From an uncultured Agathobaculum sp. (GTDB lineage Bacteria; Bacillota; Clostridia; Oscillospirales; Butyricicoccaceae): a DNA stretch of 64,000 nt. Shown piece by piece: positions 54,135-63,691 of the stretch. The stretch covers positions 17,799 through 81,798 of the forward strand of contig CALWUM010000006.1 of the NCBI GenBank assembly GCA_944384765.1, given 5' to 3'. The notes under the pieces are model-generated. The model had not been told where the DNA came from. It saw only the letters and a list, made by a program, of their open reading frames with translations, and did no database searches. Each line of letters begins with the position of its first letter. Position 1 is the first letter of the stretch. The position numbers were made by a program, and so were the translations under genes.

Positions 54135-54370
54135 GCGCCCGCCCCCTCGTCCGGCTCAACACGGCAGGGCGTGATCCCCAGCTGCCGCAGGCGGTGCAGC
54201 GCCTGATCCGCCTGCGACGCACCCACGCGCACCGCCCAGCCGCACGAGTCCGTCCGCGCGTGCCGCGGCGGGCGTGTCACCTCGCCCGGCACGCCCATCT
54301 GTCCCAGATGCCGCCGCAGGCCGATGGCCTCGGTCTGGCTGCGGCATATCAAAAGCGCATATCGGCTCAT
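54131..54370 (-). CDS. Small DUF3343-like protein (putative S/Se carrier partner of the desulfurase)
   Basis: 79 aa with a 4 nt overlap with the desulfurase gene. The assignment rests on size, context and weak pattern memory. Confidence 0.55.
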   Translation of the reverse strand: MSRYALLICRSQTEAIGLRRHLGQMGVPGEVTRPPRHARTDSCGWAVRVGASQADQALHRLRQLGITPCRVEPDEGAGA

Positions 54371-54509
54371 AGTTTTTCCTCCTCAGGTCGGTCTACCCTC
54401 ATCCTATGTTGAAATGACCGCCAAAGTGTGCTATGCTGTTGCAGAACAAAAAACACGGACAACCCCGCGCCACGGCCGCGGCCTTGCCCGCACCCAGGAG
54501 TGAACTACC

Positions 54510-55715
54510 ATGGAGCTTTCCGCCCTTTCTTTGCAGCTGCGCGGGCTTTCCGTGCTGCGCGGCTTGCAAAACCACCCGCTTGTGCACGCGTATCTGGACA
54601 CGTTCGACGCGCTCGGCCAGGATGCCGCAGCCTTTGCCTCGCGCTACGGCGCGCTATGCGCGGCGCAGTTCGCCTGCCGCGACGCATCCCGCGCCCTGCT
54701 CGACGCGGTGCATTTTGACGTCAACACGCTCACCGACACGATCGCAGACCCCGCGCCCGCACTGCTCAACGCGGCTACGCACGACATCCAGGCACTGTGC
54801 GCCCTGCTCGCGCTGGACGGCGCTGCGCTCAAGGATACGGCCGCCGCGCGCCTGAACGCGCCCGCGCTGCGCGACCTGCCCGATTTCCCTGCCGCTGCGC
54901 CCCTGCCCTTCCGGGACGGCGCCGCGCTGGCAAGTTACTACCGCGCGCAGGGCTACGGCTTTTTCGCCCAATCCTCGGCCTTTGCCGTGCGGGACGACGG
55001 CGAGGTGCGCCCGATCACCCATCCGGACGCCATCCGTCTGCGCGACCTGCCGGGTTACGAGCGCCAGAAGCAGCAGATCCTCAAAAACACCCTCGCCTTC
55101 CTCGACGGACGCGAGGCCAACAATATCCTGCTTTACGGCGACAAGGGCACGGGCAAATCCTCGACCGTCAAGGCCGTGGTCAACGAATACGCCGAGCGCG
55201 GGCTCAAGATCATCGAGATGTCCCCGCGGCACATCACCTGCTTCCCCAAAATTTTCGCGGAGACGCTGCGCTCGCCCTTCCGCTTCATCGTTTTTCTGGA
55301 CGACCTGTCCTTCAGCCGGGAGGACGACAACTTCGCTGCACTCAAGGCGTTTATCGAGGGCGGTCTGGCCGGCAAACCGTCCAATCTGGTTATCTACGCG
55401 ACCAGTAACCGCCGCCACCTGATCCGCGAGACCTTCGCCGACCGCGAGGGCGACGAGGTGCGCGTGCGCGACAGCCTGGAGACCGTCACCTCCCTGTCCG
55501 ACCGCTTTGGGCTGGAGATCACCTTCTCGGTGCCTGACAAGAACGAGTATCTGTACATCGTCGACCAGCTTGCAGCAGAAAACGGCATTGACCTGCCTGC
55601 CGACCAGCTGCACCTGCTCGCCGAGCGCTTTGCGCTGCGCCGCAACGGCCGCTCACCGCGCACCGCGCGCCAGTTCATCAGCCAGCAGCTGGCGGAAAAG
55701 TATGACAAGCAGTAA
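54510..55715 (+). CDS. DUF815-family AAA ATPase
   Basis: NNILLYGDKGTGKSSTVKAV Walker A and FIVFLDDLSF Walker B. TTGAAA-N17-TATGCT promoter at 54409-54437. Confidence 0.8.
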   Translation: MELSALSLQLRGLSVLRGLQNHPLVHAYLDTFDALGQDAAAFASRYGALCAAQFACRDASRALLDAVHFDVNTLTDTIADPAPALLNAATHDIQALCALLALDGAALKDTAAARLNAPALRDLPDFPAAAPLPFRDGAALASYYRAQGYGFFAQSSAFAVRDDGEVRPITHPDAIRLRDLPGYERQKQQILKNTLAFLDGREANNILLYGDKGTGKSSTVKAVVNEYAERGLKIIEMSPRHITCFPKIFAETLRSPFRFIVFLDDLSFSREDDNFAALKAFIEGGLAGKPSNLVIYATSNRRHLIRETFADREGDEVRVRDSLETVTSLSDRFGLEITFSVPDKNEYLYIVDQLAAENGIDLPADQLHLLAERFALRRNGRSPRTARQFISQQLAEKYDKQ

Positions 55716-55729
55716 AACCGCAAACACGC

Positions 55730-55763
55730 AAAAAAAGAACGCCCGATCAGGCGTTCTTTTTTT
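55730..55763. terminator. Bidirectional terminator
   Basis: AAAAAAAGAACGCC-cgatca-GGCGTTCTTTTTTT. Confidence 0.85.
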
Positions 55764-55769
55764 GCGCTG

Positions 55770-56198
55770 CTACATCTCTTTTTCAAACTTGCACCGGAAG
55801 TAGATCGCATAACCGTGCACGAACAGATACGCGATCACCATCGGCAGGATGACCGTCCACGAAGCGTTCATCAGCGCAAAAGCGACCATGAGCGCGCCGA
55901 ACACATAGGTCATCATGTCATAGCCCTTGGCCTTGGCCAGACTGCCGATCATCACGTTGCGCTCGTCCGCCTGGTCGATCTCCATGCGGCGCGCGGTTTC
56001 CGGATCGACTATCGCTGCCTTTTTCGCCAGCAGCTCGCCCAGCCCGTGCCCGAAAATGCCGCACCCGAACCCGACCAGCAGGAACGGCAGCGCCCGCATA
56101 ATGCCCTGCGGATCGGGCACGGTTTTGATCAGGTAGATACCTGCGGCGATCAGCGCAAACCCCAGCACGCTCAGCCAAACATTTTTTGCCCGTTTCAT
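55770..56198 (-). CDS. Small four-TM membrane protein co-transcribed with an XRE regulator
   Basis: Four hydrophobic segments. 4 nt overlap with the upstream HTH gene. Confidence 0.6.
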   Translation of the reverse strand: MKRAKNVWLSVLGFALIAAGIYLIKTVPDPQGIMRALPFLLVGFGCGIFGHGLGELLAKKAAIVDPETARRMEIDQADERNVMIGSLAKAKGYDMMTYVFGALMVAFALMNASWTVILPMVIAYLFVHGYAIYFRCKFEKEM

Positions 56199-56398
56199 TG
56201 GTTCTCCTCCTCATAGATGAAAATATCCTCGATCTGCATCCCGAAATACCGCGCGATCTTGAACGCCAGCAGAATGGACGGGTTGTACCGCCCGTTTTCC
56301 AGCGAGCCGATCGTCTGCCGTGATACGCCCAGCACATCCGCCAGCTCCTCCTGCCGGATGCCGTGCGCCTTGCGCAGTTCCTCGAGCCGGTTTTTCAA
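56195..56398 (-). CDS. XRE-family HTH transcriptional regulator (67 aa)
   Basis: LKNRLEELRKAHGIRQEELADVLGVSRQTIGSLENGRYNPSILLAFKIARYF. Proposed TTG start at 56398, 7 nt after GAGGAGG. Confidence 0.8.
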   Translation of the reverse strand: MKNRLEELRKAHGIRQEELADVLGVSRQTIGSLENGRYNPSILLAFKIARYFGMQIEDIFIYEEENQ

Positions 56399-56570
56399 AC
56401 GCCCGCCTCCTCTCAAATGTAAAGTTTGCTTTCCATGGTTACAGTATAGCACGACGCAGCAAAATGTCAAGCACGCTTTCCATTTTTCCAAAAAAATTTT
56501 TCCAGCAGGCCGCGCGGGCAAAACAAAAAAAGAGCACAAAACGTGCTCTTTTTTGATCGTTTTTGCCGGT

Positions 56571-58016
56571 TTACAGCTTGCGGAACCAGGTGCGCGGCGT
56601 AAACAGCAGCAGCATGGGGAACAGCTCCAGACGTCCGGCGAGCATATCGAAGATCAGCACGATCTTGCTCAGCGGGTGCAGGAAGCCGAAATTCGCCGCC
56701 GGGCCGACCAGCTCAAGGCCGGGACCGACGTTGTTGAGCGCGGTTGCGACCGCGGTGAAGTTAGTGACCATATCCTCGCAGTTCAGGCTGACCAGCAGCA
56801 CCGAACCCGTGAAGATCAGCAGATAGGCAACCAGGAACGCGTTGACCGAGCGCATCACCTCGTGCTGCACGCGATGGCCGTCCATCTTGTGCACACGCAC
56901 GGCGCGCGGGTGGATGAGGTACTGCATTTCCTTTTTCACGCCCTTGATCAGCAGCAGCACGCGCGAACACTTGATGCCGCCGCCGGTCGAGCCGGCGCAT
57001 GCGCCGATGAACATGAGCACCACGAGCAGGGATTTGCTGAACGCGGGCCAGTAGTTGAAGTCCACGGTCGCAAAGCCGGTGGTCGTGATGATGGAAGCGA
57101 CCTGGAACAGCGCATGGTGAAAGCTCTCAAAAAAGCTGCCGAACATATCGCGCACGTCCAGGGTGATCAGCAGCGTAAAGCCCAGAATTACACCCAGATA
57201 CAGGCGGATCTCCTCAATGCGGAACGCCTCGCGGATCTTGCGCGACAGCACCAGGTAATAGGCGCTGAAATTGATGCCGAACAGGATCATGAAGATACTC
57301 GTCACACCCTGCAGATAGTAGCTGTGATAATGCGCCATCGAGTTGTTCCAGATGCCGAAGCCGCCCGTGCCCGCGGTTGCCATCGAGGTGCAGACCGCGT
57401 CAAAAAACGCCATGCCGCCGAGCACCAGCAGGATGACCTGCAGCAGCGTCAGGCCGGTGTAGATCGCATACAGCGCAAACGCCGTATCGCGCATGTGCGG
57501 GGACATCTTGGAAACCGACGGCCCCGGGCTTTCCGCGCGCATCAGATAGATGGTCTGACCGCCCGCAAGCGGCAGGATGATCAGCATAAACACCAGCACA
57601 CCCATGCCGCCGACCCAGTGGGTCAGGCTGCGCCAGAGCAGCGCGGCATGCGAAAGCGCCTCAACGTCGGCTACGACGGTCGAGCCCGTGGTGGTAAAGC
57701 CCGAAATGGTCTCGAACAGCGCGTCTACGATCGAGGGGATCTCACCGCTGAACAGGAAGGGCAACGCGCCCGTAATGCCGAGCAAAATCCAGCACAGCGC
57801 AACGGTGACAAAGCCCTCGCGCGCGTAAAACCGGGGGTTTTCCGGCTTTTTGCGGCAGAATACCGCAGCAATCGCCATACATAGCGCCGCCGTGCCCACA
57901 TAGGCGAGCACCACCGGCTCCTGATAAACGACCGCGGTCAGCGCGGGCAGCAGCAGAAAGACCGACTCCACGCCCAGCATCCAGCCGATCAGGTAGCGGA
58001 TCATCGCATAATTCAT
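56571..58016 (-). CDS. trkH: TrkH/KtrB-family potassium uptake membrane protein
   Basis: Repeated M1-P-M2 units with selectivity-filter-like GFTTTG, GFATV and GGG motifs. 481 aa. Confidence 0.92.
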   Translation of the reverse strand: MNYAMIRYLIGWMLGVESVFLLLPALTAVVYQEPVVLAYVGTAALCMAIAAVFCRKKPENPRFYAREGFVTVALCWILLGITGALPFLFSGEIPSIVDALFETISGFTTTGSTVVADVEALSHAALLWRSLTHWVGGMGVLVFMLIILPLAGGQTIYLMRAESPGPSVSKMSPHMRDTAFALYAIYTGLTLLQVILLVLGGMAFFDAVCTSMATAGTGGFGIWNNSMAHYHSYYLQGVTSIFMILFGINFSAYYLVLSRKIREAFRIEEIRLYLGVILGFTLLITLDVRDMFGSFFESFHHALFQVASIITTTGFATVDFNYWPAFSKSLLVVLMFIGACAGSTGGGIKCSRVLLLIKGVKKEMQYLIHPRAVRVHKMDGHRVQHEVMRSVNAFLVAYLLIFTGSVLLVSLNCEDMVTNFTAVATALNNVGPGLELVGPAANFGFLHPLSKIVLIFDMLAGRLELFPMLLLFTPRTWFRKL

Positions 58017-59380
58017 TTCTGCATCTCCTCCGGCTGGAAGATATCCTGCAGGTCGTTCATACCCTTGCGGGTGGAAACAACAATGACGGTGTCGCCCTCG
58101 CGCAGCTCATCCTTGCCGCGGGGAATGATGCGCTTACCGCGCCGGTTGATGCAGCACAGCAGCACATCCGGGCGGATAGGCATATCCTGCAGCGGCACGC
58201 CGGTCAGGTCATGCGCCGCCACACGGAACTCGAGCGCCTCCGCGCCGCCGCCCAGCTCGTGCAGGGTTTCGACGTTTGAGCCCATGGAGTTCTGCATCGC
58301 GCGGGTGTACTGACCGATCAGCTCGGCTGTGGTCTGCTTGGGGCGGATGATGGTGCCGATAGGCAGGCTCGAGATGACCTCCTCGAAGTTGACGCGGTTG
58401 ACCTTGGTGAACAGCTTGGCCTTGGAGTGCCGTCCCGCGTGCAGCGAGAGCAGGATGTTCTCCTCGTCCATGCCGGTCAGCGCGACGAACGCCTCGCACG
58501 AGGCAAGGCCCTCCTCGTCGAGCAGGTCACGGTCGGTGCCGTCGCCGTGAATGATGGTCGCGTCCGGCAGCAGATCGCTGAGCTGCTCGCAGCGCGCCAG
58601 ATCGCTTTCAATGATCTTGACCGCAATGCCCGAGGCCAGCAGCATTTTCGCCAGGAAATACGAGATCTTGCCGCCGCCGATCAGCATGGCCGAGTCAATG
58701 CGGTCATTCGGCACGCCGATCTTGCGGAAAAACTCCGCCTGCTCGCGCGGCGGAATGATAACCGTGATATCGTCCCCGGCCATCAGGATGAAATCGCCCT
58801 TGGGGATATAGGTCTGGCCGCCGCGGCGCACCATGCACAGCAGCACGTCCGAGCGCAGCAGCGGGTTGACTTCGCACACCGCCATACCATTTAGGCGGGA
58901 GTCCGCGGGGATACGGATGTCGAGCAGCTCGATACGGCCCTTGGCAAAGGTACCCACACCGATCGCGGATGGAAAGCGGATCAGGCGGGAAACCACGCGG
59001 GCGGTGGACAGCTCGGGATTGACCACCATGGACAAGCCGAGCTCATCGCGGATGAAACCGATTTCAGAAACATACTGCGGGTCGCGCACGCGCGCGATCG
59101 TGTGGCAGCCGGACGCCTTGCTGGCGATCAGGCAGGAGAGCAAATTGATCTCGTCGTGCGTGGTGACCGCGATCAGCAGGTCGGTGTCCTTGACCCCGGC
59201 CTCCTTGAGCACATGATAGCTGGTGCCGTTGCCGGCCACAGCGGCAACATCCAGCATATTGGACAGTTCGTCCAGCCGTCGTTCGGATTTGTCGACCAGT
59301 GTCAGGTCGTGTCCCTCTGCAGAAAGCTGCTCGGCAAGGGCCGAACCGACCTTGCCGCAGCCTACAATAATGATGCGCAT
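58013..59380 (-). CDS. trkA: Trk system potassium uptake protein TrkA (tandem RCK domains)
   Basis: MRIIIVGCGKVGS and a second GGGKIS Rossmann motif. 455 aa. TTGCAA-N17-TATAAT promoter upstream (about 59442-59470). Confidence 0.92.
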   Translation of the reverse strand: MRIIIVGCGKVGSALAEQLSAEGHDLTLVDKSERRLDELSNMLDVAAVAGNGTSYHVLKEAGVKDTDLLIAVTTHDEINLLSCLIASKASGCHTIARVRDPQYVSEIGFIRDELGLSMVVNPELSTARVVSRLIRFPSAIGVGTFAKGRIELLDIRIPADSRLNGMAVCEVNPLLRSDVLLCMVRRGGQTYIPKGDFILMAGDDITVIIPPREQAEFFRKIGVPNDRIDSAMLIGGGKISYFLAKMLLASGIAVKIIESDLARCEQLSDLLPDATIIHGDGTDRDLLDEEGLASCEAFVALTGMDEENILLSLHAGRHSKAKLFTKVNRVNFEEVISSLPIGTIIRPKQTTAELIGQYTRAMQNSMGSNVETLHELGGGAEALEFRVAAHDLTGVPLQDMPIRPDVLLCCINRRGKRIIPRGKDELREGDTVIVVSTRKGMNDLQDIFQPEEMQK

Positions 59381-59531
59381 GGTGCGCCTCCGATCTTTTT
59401 TCTTTATCCCTGAAAATATACATAGCGATTATAGTCTCTTGTCGGACAAATTGCAAGATGTATCTATGGGAAATTAGCGGACTATTAACACGGTTTTGCC
59501 GCAAATCCAAAACTTTTTCAGAGTAAACAGC

Positions 59532-59557
59532 AAAAGCGCCGGGAAACCGGCGCTTTT
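59532..59557. terminator. Bidirectional terminator
   Basis: AAAAGCGCCGG-gaaa-CCGGCGCTTTT. Confidence 0.85.
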
Positions 59558-59579
59558 GTCTCAAAGCTGTTTTCTACGG

Positions 59580-59930
59580 TTATTTGTCCTGCGTGCCGCA
59601 GCCCGCGCAGCCGTCGCAGCCGGATGCCGCGGCCGCCTGCCGGTCCTCATAGGCCCGGAGCGTGCCCTCGGTCATGTGGCTGAGCGCTGCCAGCCGCTCA
59701 TTGACCATATCCCACATACACATGGGCAGGTGGTCGCGGTGGCCGCGGTGGATGGTCACGCACTCAAAGCAGTTGCCGTGGTGCGGGCAGGCTTCCTTGC
59801 ACGGGCAGTGGTCGCCCGCCTCGCGCACCTGGCGCAGGAATTCCTGCTTGACCTGCCAGGCTTCCTGCTTTTTGCCCTCGCGGTCGAGCTTGTCCTGCAA
59901 AATTGCCAGCTCGTTTCCATCGATCTTCAT
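59580..59930 (-). CDS. Small Cys/His-rich putative metal-binding protein
   Basis: DHCPCKEACPHHGNCFECVTIHRGHRDHLPMC and C-terminal CDGCAGCG. Monocistronic, with its own terminator. Confidence 0.6.
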   Translation of the reverse strand: MKIDGNELAILQDKLDREGKKQEAWQVKQEFLRQVREAGDHCPCKEACPHHGNCFECVTIHRGHRDHLPMCMWDMVNERLAALSHMTEGTLRAYEDRQAAAASGCDGCAGCGTQDK

Positions 59931-60079
59931 GTAGGTTGCGCCTCGCTTTCTCTGTTTGCCTATTCAGGATAGCAAAAAGGCGCAGGGTGGTCAACGCTTC
60001 CCCCTATACGCCGGGTATTTTTGTGCAAAGTGGAGAATTTGGCCCTGGATTTTTGGCAGGTTGCGCCAAGGCGGCTGTC

Positions 60080-60302
60080 TTGAAAAAAACATGGCAGTTT
60101 GTTACAATGTTTACAACAAGCGAACATCGTCTTCGGACCCGAGCATTTCCGCATTGGCGGGCATCACAATCCCCTCCCAGCCGGCCTGATCAGGTGGCCC
60201 GGCGGCGCAGGGGTTTTTTCATTCCGCACGGTCCTGCGGTGCGCTTGCCGGAGAAATGCCAGTCATTTCGAACTGTTATGTATAGAAAGGAATGTGCAGT
60301 TT
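60080..60302 (+). promoter_or_regulatory. ptsH promoter and ~190 nt leader containing an intrinsic terminator
   Basis: TTGAAA (60080-60085), N17, TACAAT (60103-60108). Hairpin CCCCU...AGGGG (60171-60213) is followed by a U-run of 6 (60214-60219), about 85 nt before the ptsH ATG. Confidence 0.55.
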
Positions 60303-60560
60303 ATGAAAACCGTAGAGTACACCATCACCGACGCACTCGGCATCCATGCGCGCCCGGCGGGCATGCTGGTCAAGGAGGCCGGCAAGTTCAAGTCCAGCAT
60401 CAAGATCGCGGGCCCGAAGAAGGAAGTCGACGCCAAGCGCATCATGAGCGTGATGAGCCTGGGCGTGAAGCAGAATGACGTCGTCCGCCTGACCATCGAG
60501 GGTGAGGATGAGGATGCGGCGGCTGCGGCGCTCGAGCAGTTCCTCAAGGATAATCTGTAA
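60303..60560 (+). CDS. ptsH: HPr-family phosphocarrier protein (His15 present, Arg at position 46)
   Basis: MKTVEYTITDALGIHARPAGMLV (His15 motif). DAKRIMSVMSLG aligns with the canonical KSIMGVMSLG, with R in place of Ser46. Confidence 0.88.
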   Translation: MKTVEYTITDALGIHARPAGMLVKEAGKFKSSIKIAGPKKEVDAKRIMSVMSLGVKQNDVVRLTIEGEDEDAAAAALEQFLKDNL

Positions 60561-60620
60561 TAGACAAGGGCTGAATCCGCCCCGTGTTCCGTTTTGGAGC
60601 ACCGGGGGCGTCCTCCCTGG

Positions 60621-60656
60621 AAAGCGGAAGGCGGGCGCAGGCCCGCCTTCCGCTTT
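60621..60656 (+). terminator. Terminator after ptsH
   Basis: AAAGCGGAAGGCGGGC-gcag-GCCCGCCTTCCGCTTT. Confidence 0.75.
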
Positions 60657-60749
60657 GTGCAGGGCTTACAGGACAAGGGAAAGAAGGAATCCGAATGAAA
60701 CGCATGCGCATCAAGCCATGCGGCAGCGCCGGAACAGAGGTGCCGCGGC

Positions 60750-61865
60750 ATGGAATTTAGAAACCTCAGGATCTATCAGCCGGACGGCAGCTTCCGCACC
60801 GGCGGGCTGACGCTCTCGGGCGACCGTATCGCCGCCGCACCCCCGTCGCTGGACGCGTGCGATATGGGCGGTCTGTATGCCATCCCCGGCCTGATCGACA
60901 TCCACTTCCACGGCTGCGCGGGACACGACCTGTGCGAAGGCACGCACGCGGCGCTGTCCGCCATGGCGCGTTATCAGGCGCAGAGCGGCATCTGCGCGAT
61001 CTGCCCGGCGACCGTGGCGCTGCCCGAGGTCGAGTTGGCCTCGATCATGGCGTCCGCCGCCAGCTATACGCCTGAACGCTGCGACGCGGCGCTCGTGGGC
61101 CTCAATCTGGAGGGGCCGTTCCTTGCAGAAAGCCGCCACGGCGCGCAAAATGCCGCGTATTTCCAGGCGCCGGACGCGGCGCTGTTCCGCCGTTTGCAGG
61201 AAAAGGCGCAGGGGCTGATCCGTCTGTGCGAAATCGCCCCCGAGCTGCCCGGCGCGCTCGATCTGATCAGCGAGCTGGCGGGCGAGGTGCGCCTGTCGCT
61301 CGCGCACACGGACGCGGACTACGAGACCGCCTGCGAGGCGTTCCGCCGCGGCGCGCGCGAGGTCACCCACCTGTTCAACGCCATGGCGCCTATGACGCAC
61401 CGCGAGCCCGGCCTGATCGGTGCGGCGCTGGACAACGACCAGGTCGGCGTGGAGCTGATCACGGACGGGGCGCATGTGCATCCGGCCGCGGTGCGGGCAG
61501 CGTTCCGCCTGTTTGAAAACCGCATTGTGCTGATCTCGGACAGCATGTCCGCCACCGGCGCAGAGGACGGCGACTATACGCTCGGCGGCATCCAGATCAC
61601 CGTGCAGGGCGGGCGCGCAACCGCCAATGGCGGCCGCACACTGGCCGGTTCGGTCGCCAATCTGTTCGACTGCATGCGCAGTGCGGTCGGCATGGGCGTG
61701 CCGCTCGGACAGGCTGTGCGCTCGGCCACGACCAACCCGGCGCGCGCCCTCGGCATCCAGTATGACTACGGCTCGCTCGAACCGGGTAAGCTGGCCAACA
61801 TCCTGCTGCTGGATGACGACCTGAACATCAATACGATCATCCTGCGCGGGCGCATCATCGACTGA
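60750..61865 (+). CDS. nagA: N-acetylglucosamine-6-phosphate deacetylase
   Basis: IPGLIDIHFHGCAGHD metal-binding motif, HLFNAM and DSMSATG motifs. Confidence 0.92.
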   Translation: MEFRNLRIYQPDGSFRTGGLTLSGDRIAAAPPSLDACDMGGLYAIPGLIDIHFHGCAGHDLCEGTHAALSAMARYQAQSGICAICPATVALPEVELASIMASAASYTPERCDAALVGLNLEGPFLAESRHGAQNAAYFQAPDAALFRRLQEKAQGLIRLCEIAPELPGALDLISELAGEVRLSLAHTDADYETACEAFRRGAREVTHLFNAMAPMTHREPGLIGAALDNDQVGVELITDGAHVHPAAVRAAFRLFENRIVLISDSMSATGAEDGDYTLGGIQITVQGGRATANGGRTLAGSVANLFDCMRSAVGMGVPLGQAVRSATTNPARALGIQYDYGSLEPGKLANILLLDDDLNINTIILRGRIID

Positions 61866-62006
61866 GTGCCCGCCCCGCTGCCCCTTGCGCGATGCGCGCA
61901 GGGGGCGCGCTATATGCGCCCCTCTTTTCCTTTGGGGCAAAACCGTGTATAATAAAAGAACAGCAAAAAGCCCAATCGTACATGATCCACAAGGAGGTTT
62001 TCGGCA

Positions 62007-62933
62007 ATGGCGGACTTTGTATCCCATCATCTGTTTGGCGGGCAGGCGCTCGCGGTGTTCCCTGCCTCGGTGCAGACGCTTGCGCAGGCACATCCAGCGT
62101 GCTTTTTCTGGGGCTGCCAAGGGCCGGACCCACTGTTTTACCGCAAGATCTGGCTGGGCAGCCCGCTGCACAAGCTGGGCAACCGCATGCATTCGGAAAA
62201 GACCGACGAGCTGTTCGCGGCGCTCGCGCGCGGCGTACACTGCCTGACCGACGAAGCGCACCGCATTGCGGGCGCGTATTTCTACGGCTTTCTGTGCCAC
62301 TATGCGCTTGATAGCACGATCCATCCCTATGTTTACTGCCGGCAGGAGCAAATCCGCGGCACGGACGAACGGCTGTCCGGCTCGGCGGTGCACTGCCAGA
62401 TCGAGAGCGACATCGACTATCTTCTCTACGAGCGCATACACCACGCACCCGTAACCGAGTTTGACCCCACCCTGCCCTACACACTCACCGTAGAGGAAAA
62501 GGCCGTGCTGTCCGTGCTGCTGCACGCGGTGCTGCGCCATGTTTACGGCGAAACCGTGCCGGTGCGCGAGCTGCGGCGCGCGTTTGACGAAATGCTCACC
62601 TGGGAGCGGTTCCTGTATTCGGACAGCCGCGCGCTTTATCGCGGCGCGCAGCAGATCGAGCGCCTAGCCGGCCGCGGCGCACTGCTGACCGGCCACATGA
62701 AAGTCGAGCGCCCGGGTTGGGATGCGCTCAACGAGCAGCACATCCCCTGGTGCAACCTGTGGCGGACCGAGGAGACGCGCACCGAGTCCGTGCCCGAGCT
62801 GTTCGGGCTGGCGCGCATCCGTGCAGCTTCGCTCGCCGGGCAGTATGCCGCCCAGTTTGACGCCGGCTGGCTGCTGCACTACCACTTCGCGCACCCGTTC
62901 GACAACGGCAGCCCCAAACGAACACGGACCTGA
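62007..62933 (+). CDS. Zinc-dependent phospholipase C-like family protein
   Basis: MADFVSHHLFG N-terminus and His-rich motifs spread through the sequence (HKLGNRMHSE, YFYGFLCHYALD). Confidence 0.7.
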   Translation: MADFVSHHLFGGQALAVFPASVQTLAQAHPACFFWGCQGPDPLFYRKIWLGSPLHKLGNRMHSEKTDELFAALARGVHCLTDEAHRIAGAYFYGFLCHYALDSTIHPYVYCRQEQIRGTDERLSGSAVHCQIESDIDYLLYERIHHAPVTEFDPTLPYTLTVEEKAVLSVLLHAVLRHVYGETVPVRELRRAFDEMLTWERFLYSDSRALYRGAQQIERLAGRGALLTGHMKVERPGWDALNEQHIPWCNLWRTEETRTESVPELFGLARIRAASLAGQYAAQFDAGWLLHYHFAHPFDNGSPKRTRT

Positions 62934-62947
62934 CCGCAGCAGATGAC

Positions 62948-62976
62948 AAAAAAGACCGCTTTCCGCGGTCTTTTTT
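62948..62976. terminator. Bidirectional terminator
   Basis: AAAAAAGACCGC-tttcc-GCGGTCTTTTTT. Confidence 0.85.
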
Positions 62977-62988
62977 CATGTGGTTCGG

Positions 62989-63540
62989 TCAGGCAATGGT
63001 TTTGATCAGGCGCGCGGGTACGCCGCCAACGACTGTGTTCGCCGCCACGTCGCGCGTGACAACCGCGCCCGCCGCGACGACCGCCCCGTCCCCGATGGTG
63101 ACGCCCGGGGTGATGGTAGCGTTGGCGCCGATCCACACATTTTTGCCAATCACGATCGGCGCGGGGATGGTCTCGTTGCGGTTGGCGGGGTTCATATCGT
63201 GGTTGAGCGTGGCGAGCACCACGTTGTGGCCGATCAGCGTGCCGTCACCGATCGTGATGCCGCCCTGGTCCTGGAAATGGCAGCTGGTGTTGATAAACAC
63301 ACCCTTGCCAATCGTGATATTCTGGCCGTAGTCCGTGTAAAACGGTGGGAACAGGCAGAAATCCTCGCCCACCGGCCGACCGATCAGCTCGGAAAACAGG
63401 CGCACGACCTCTTCCGGCTCGTGGTAGGTGTTGTTGAGCGCGCAGGTCAGCCGAAGTGCGCGCTGGCTCGCGATGCGCATGTACTGGTAAACCGGCAGGC
63501 CCATTTTGGCCGCCTGCTGTTCGATTGCTTCATAACCCAT
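62989..63540 (-). CDS. Sugar O-acetyltransferase (maltose/galactoside acetyltransferase-like hexapeptide protein)
   Basis: Mac N-terminal region ([15 protein letters not shown]) followed by hexapeptide repeats ([31 protein letters not shown]). AAAGGAG RBS precedes ATG 63540. Confidence 0.85.
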   Translation of the reverse strand: MGYEAIEQQAAKMGLPVYQYMRIASQRALRLTCALNNTYHEPEEVVRLFSELIGRPVGEDFCLFPPFYTDYGQNITIGKGVFINTSCHFQDQGGITIGDGTLIGHNVVLATLNHDMNPANRNETIPAPIVIGKNVWIGANATITPGVTIGDGAVVAAGAVVTRDVAANTVVGGVPARLIKTIA

Positions 63541-63691
63541 GGTTGGGGTGCTCCTTTCGCTTTGCATATTATCCGCCTTTATTATAGAGGATGCGGACGC
63601 CAGATAGCAAATATATATAAGATATGCAAAATATATTTGAAAAATATAGATCTCGGCGCTATACTGGTCTCAGAAAGGGGTGAGACCGGAT

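Noticed and set aside
59381-59579. A c-di-AMP (ydaO-type) riboswitch upstream of trkA-trkH, which is common for potassium uptake operons in Firmicutes.
   Set aside because: The TTGCAA-N17-TATAAT promoter leaves only a ~40 nt unstructured leader before the trkA RBS. There is no room for a riboswitch and none of its conserved motifs are visible.
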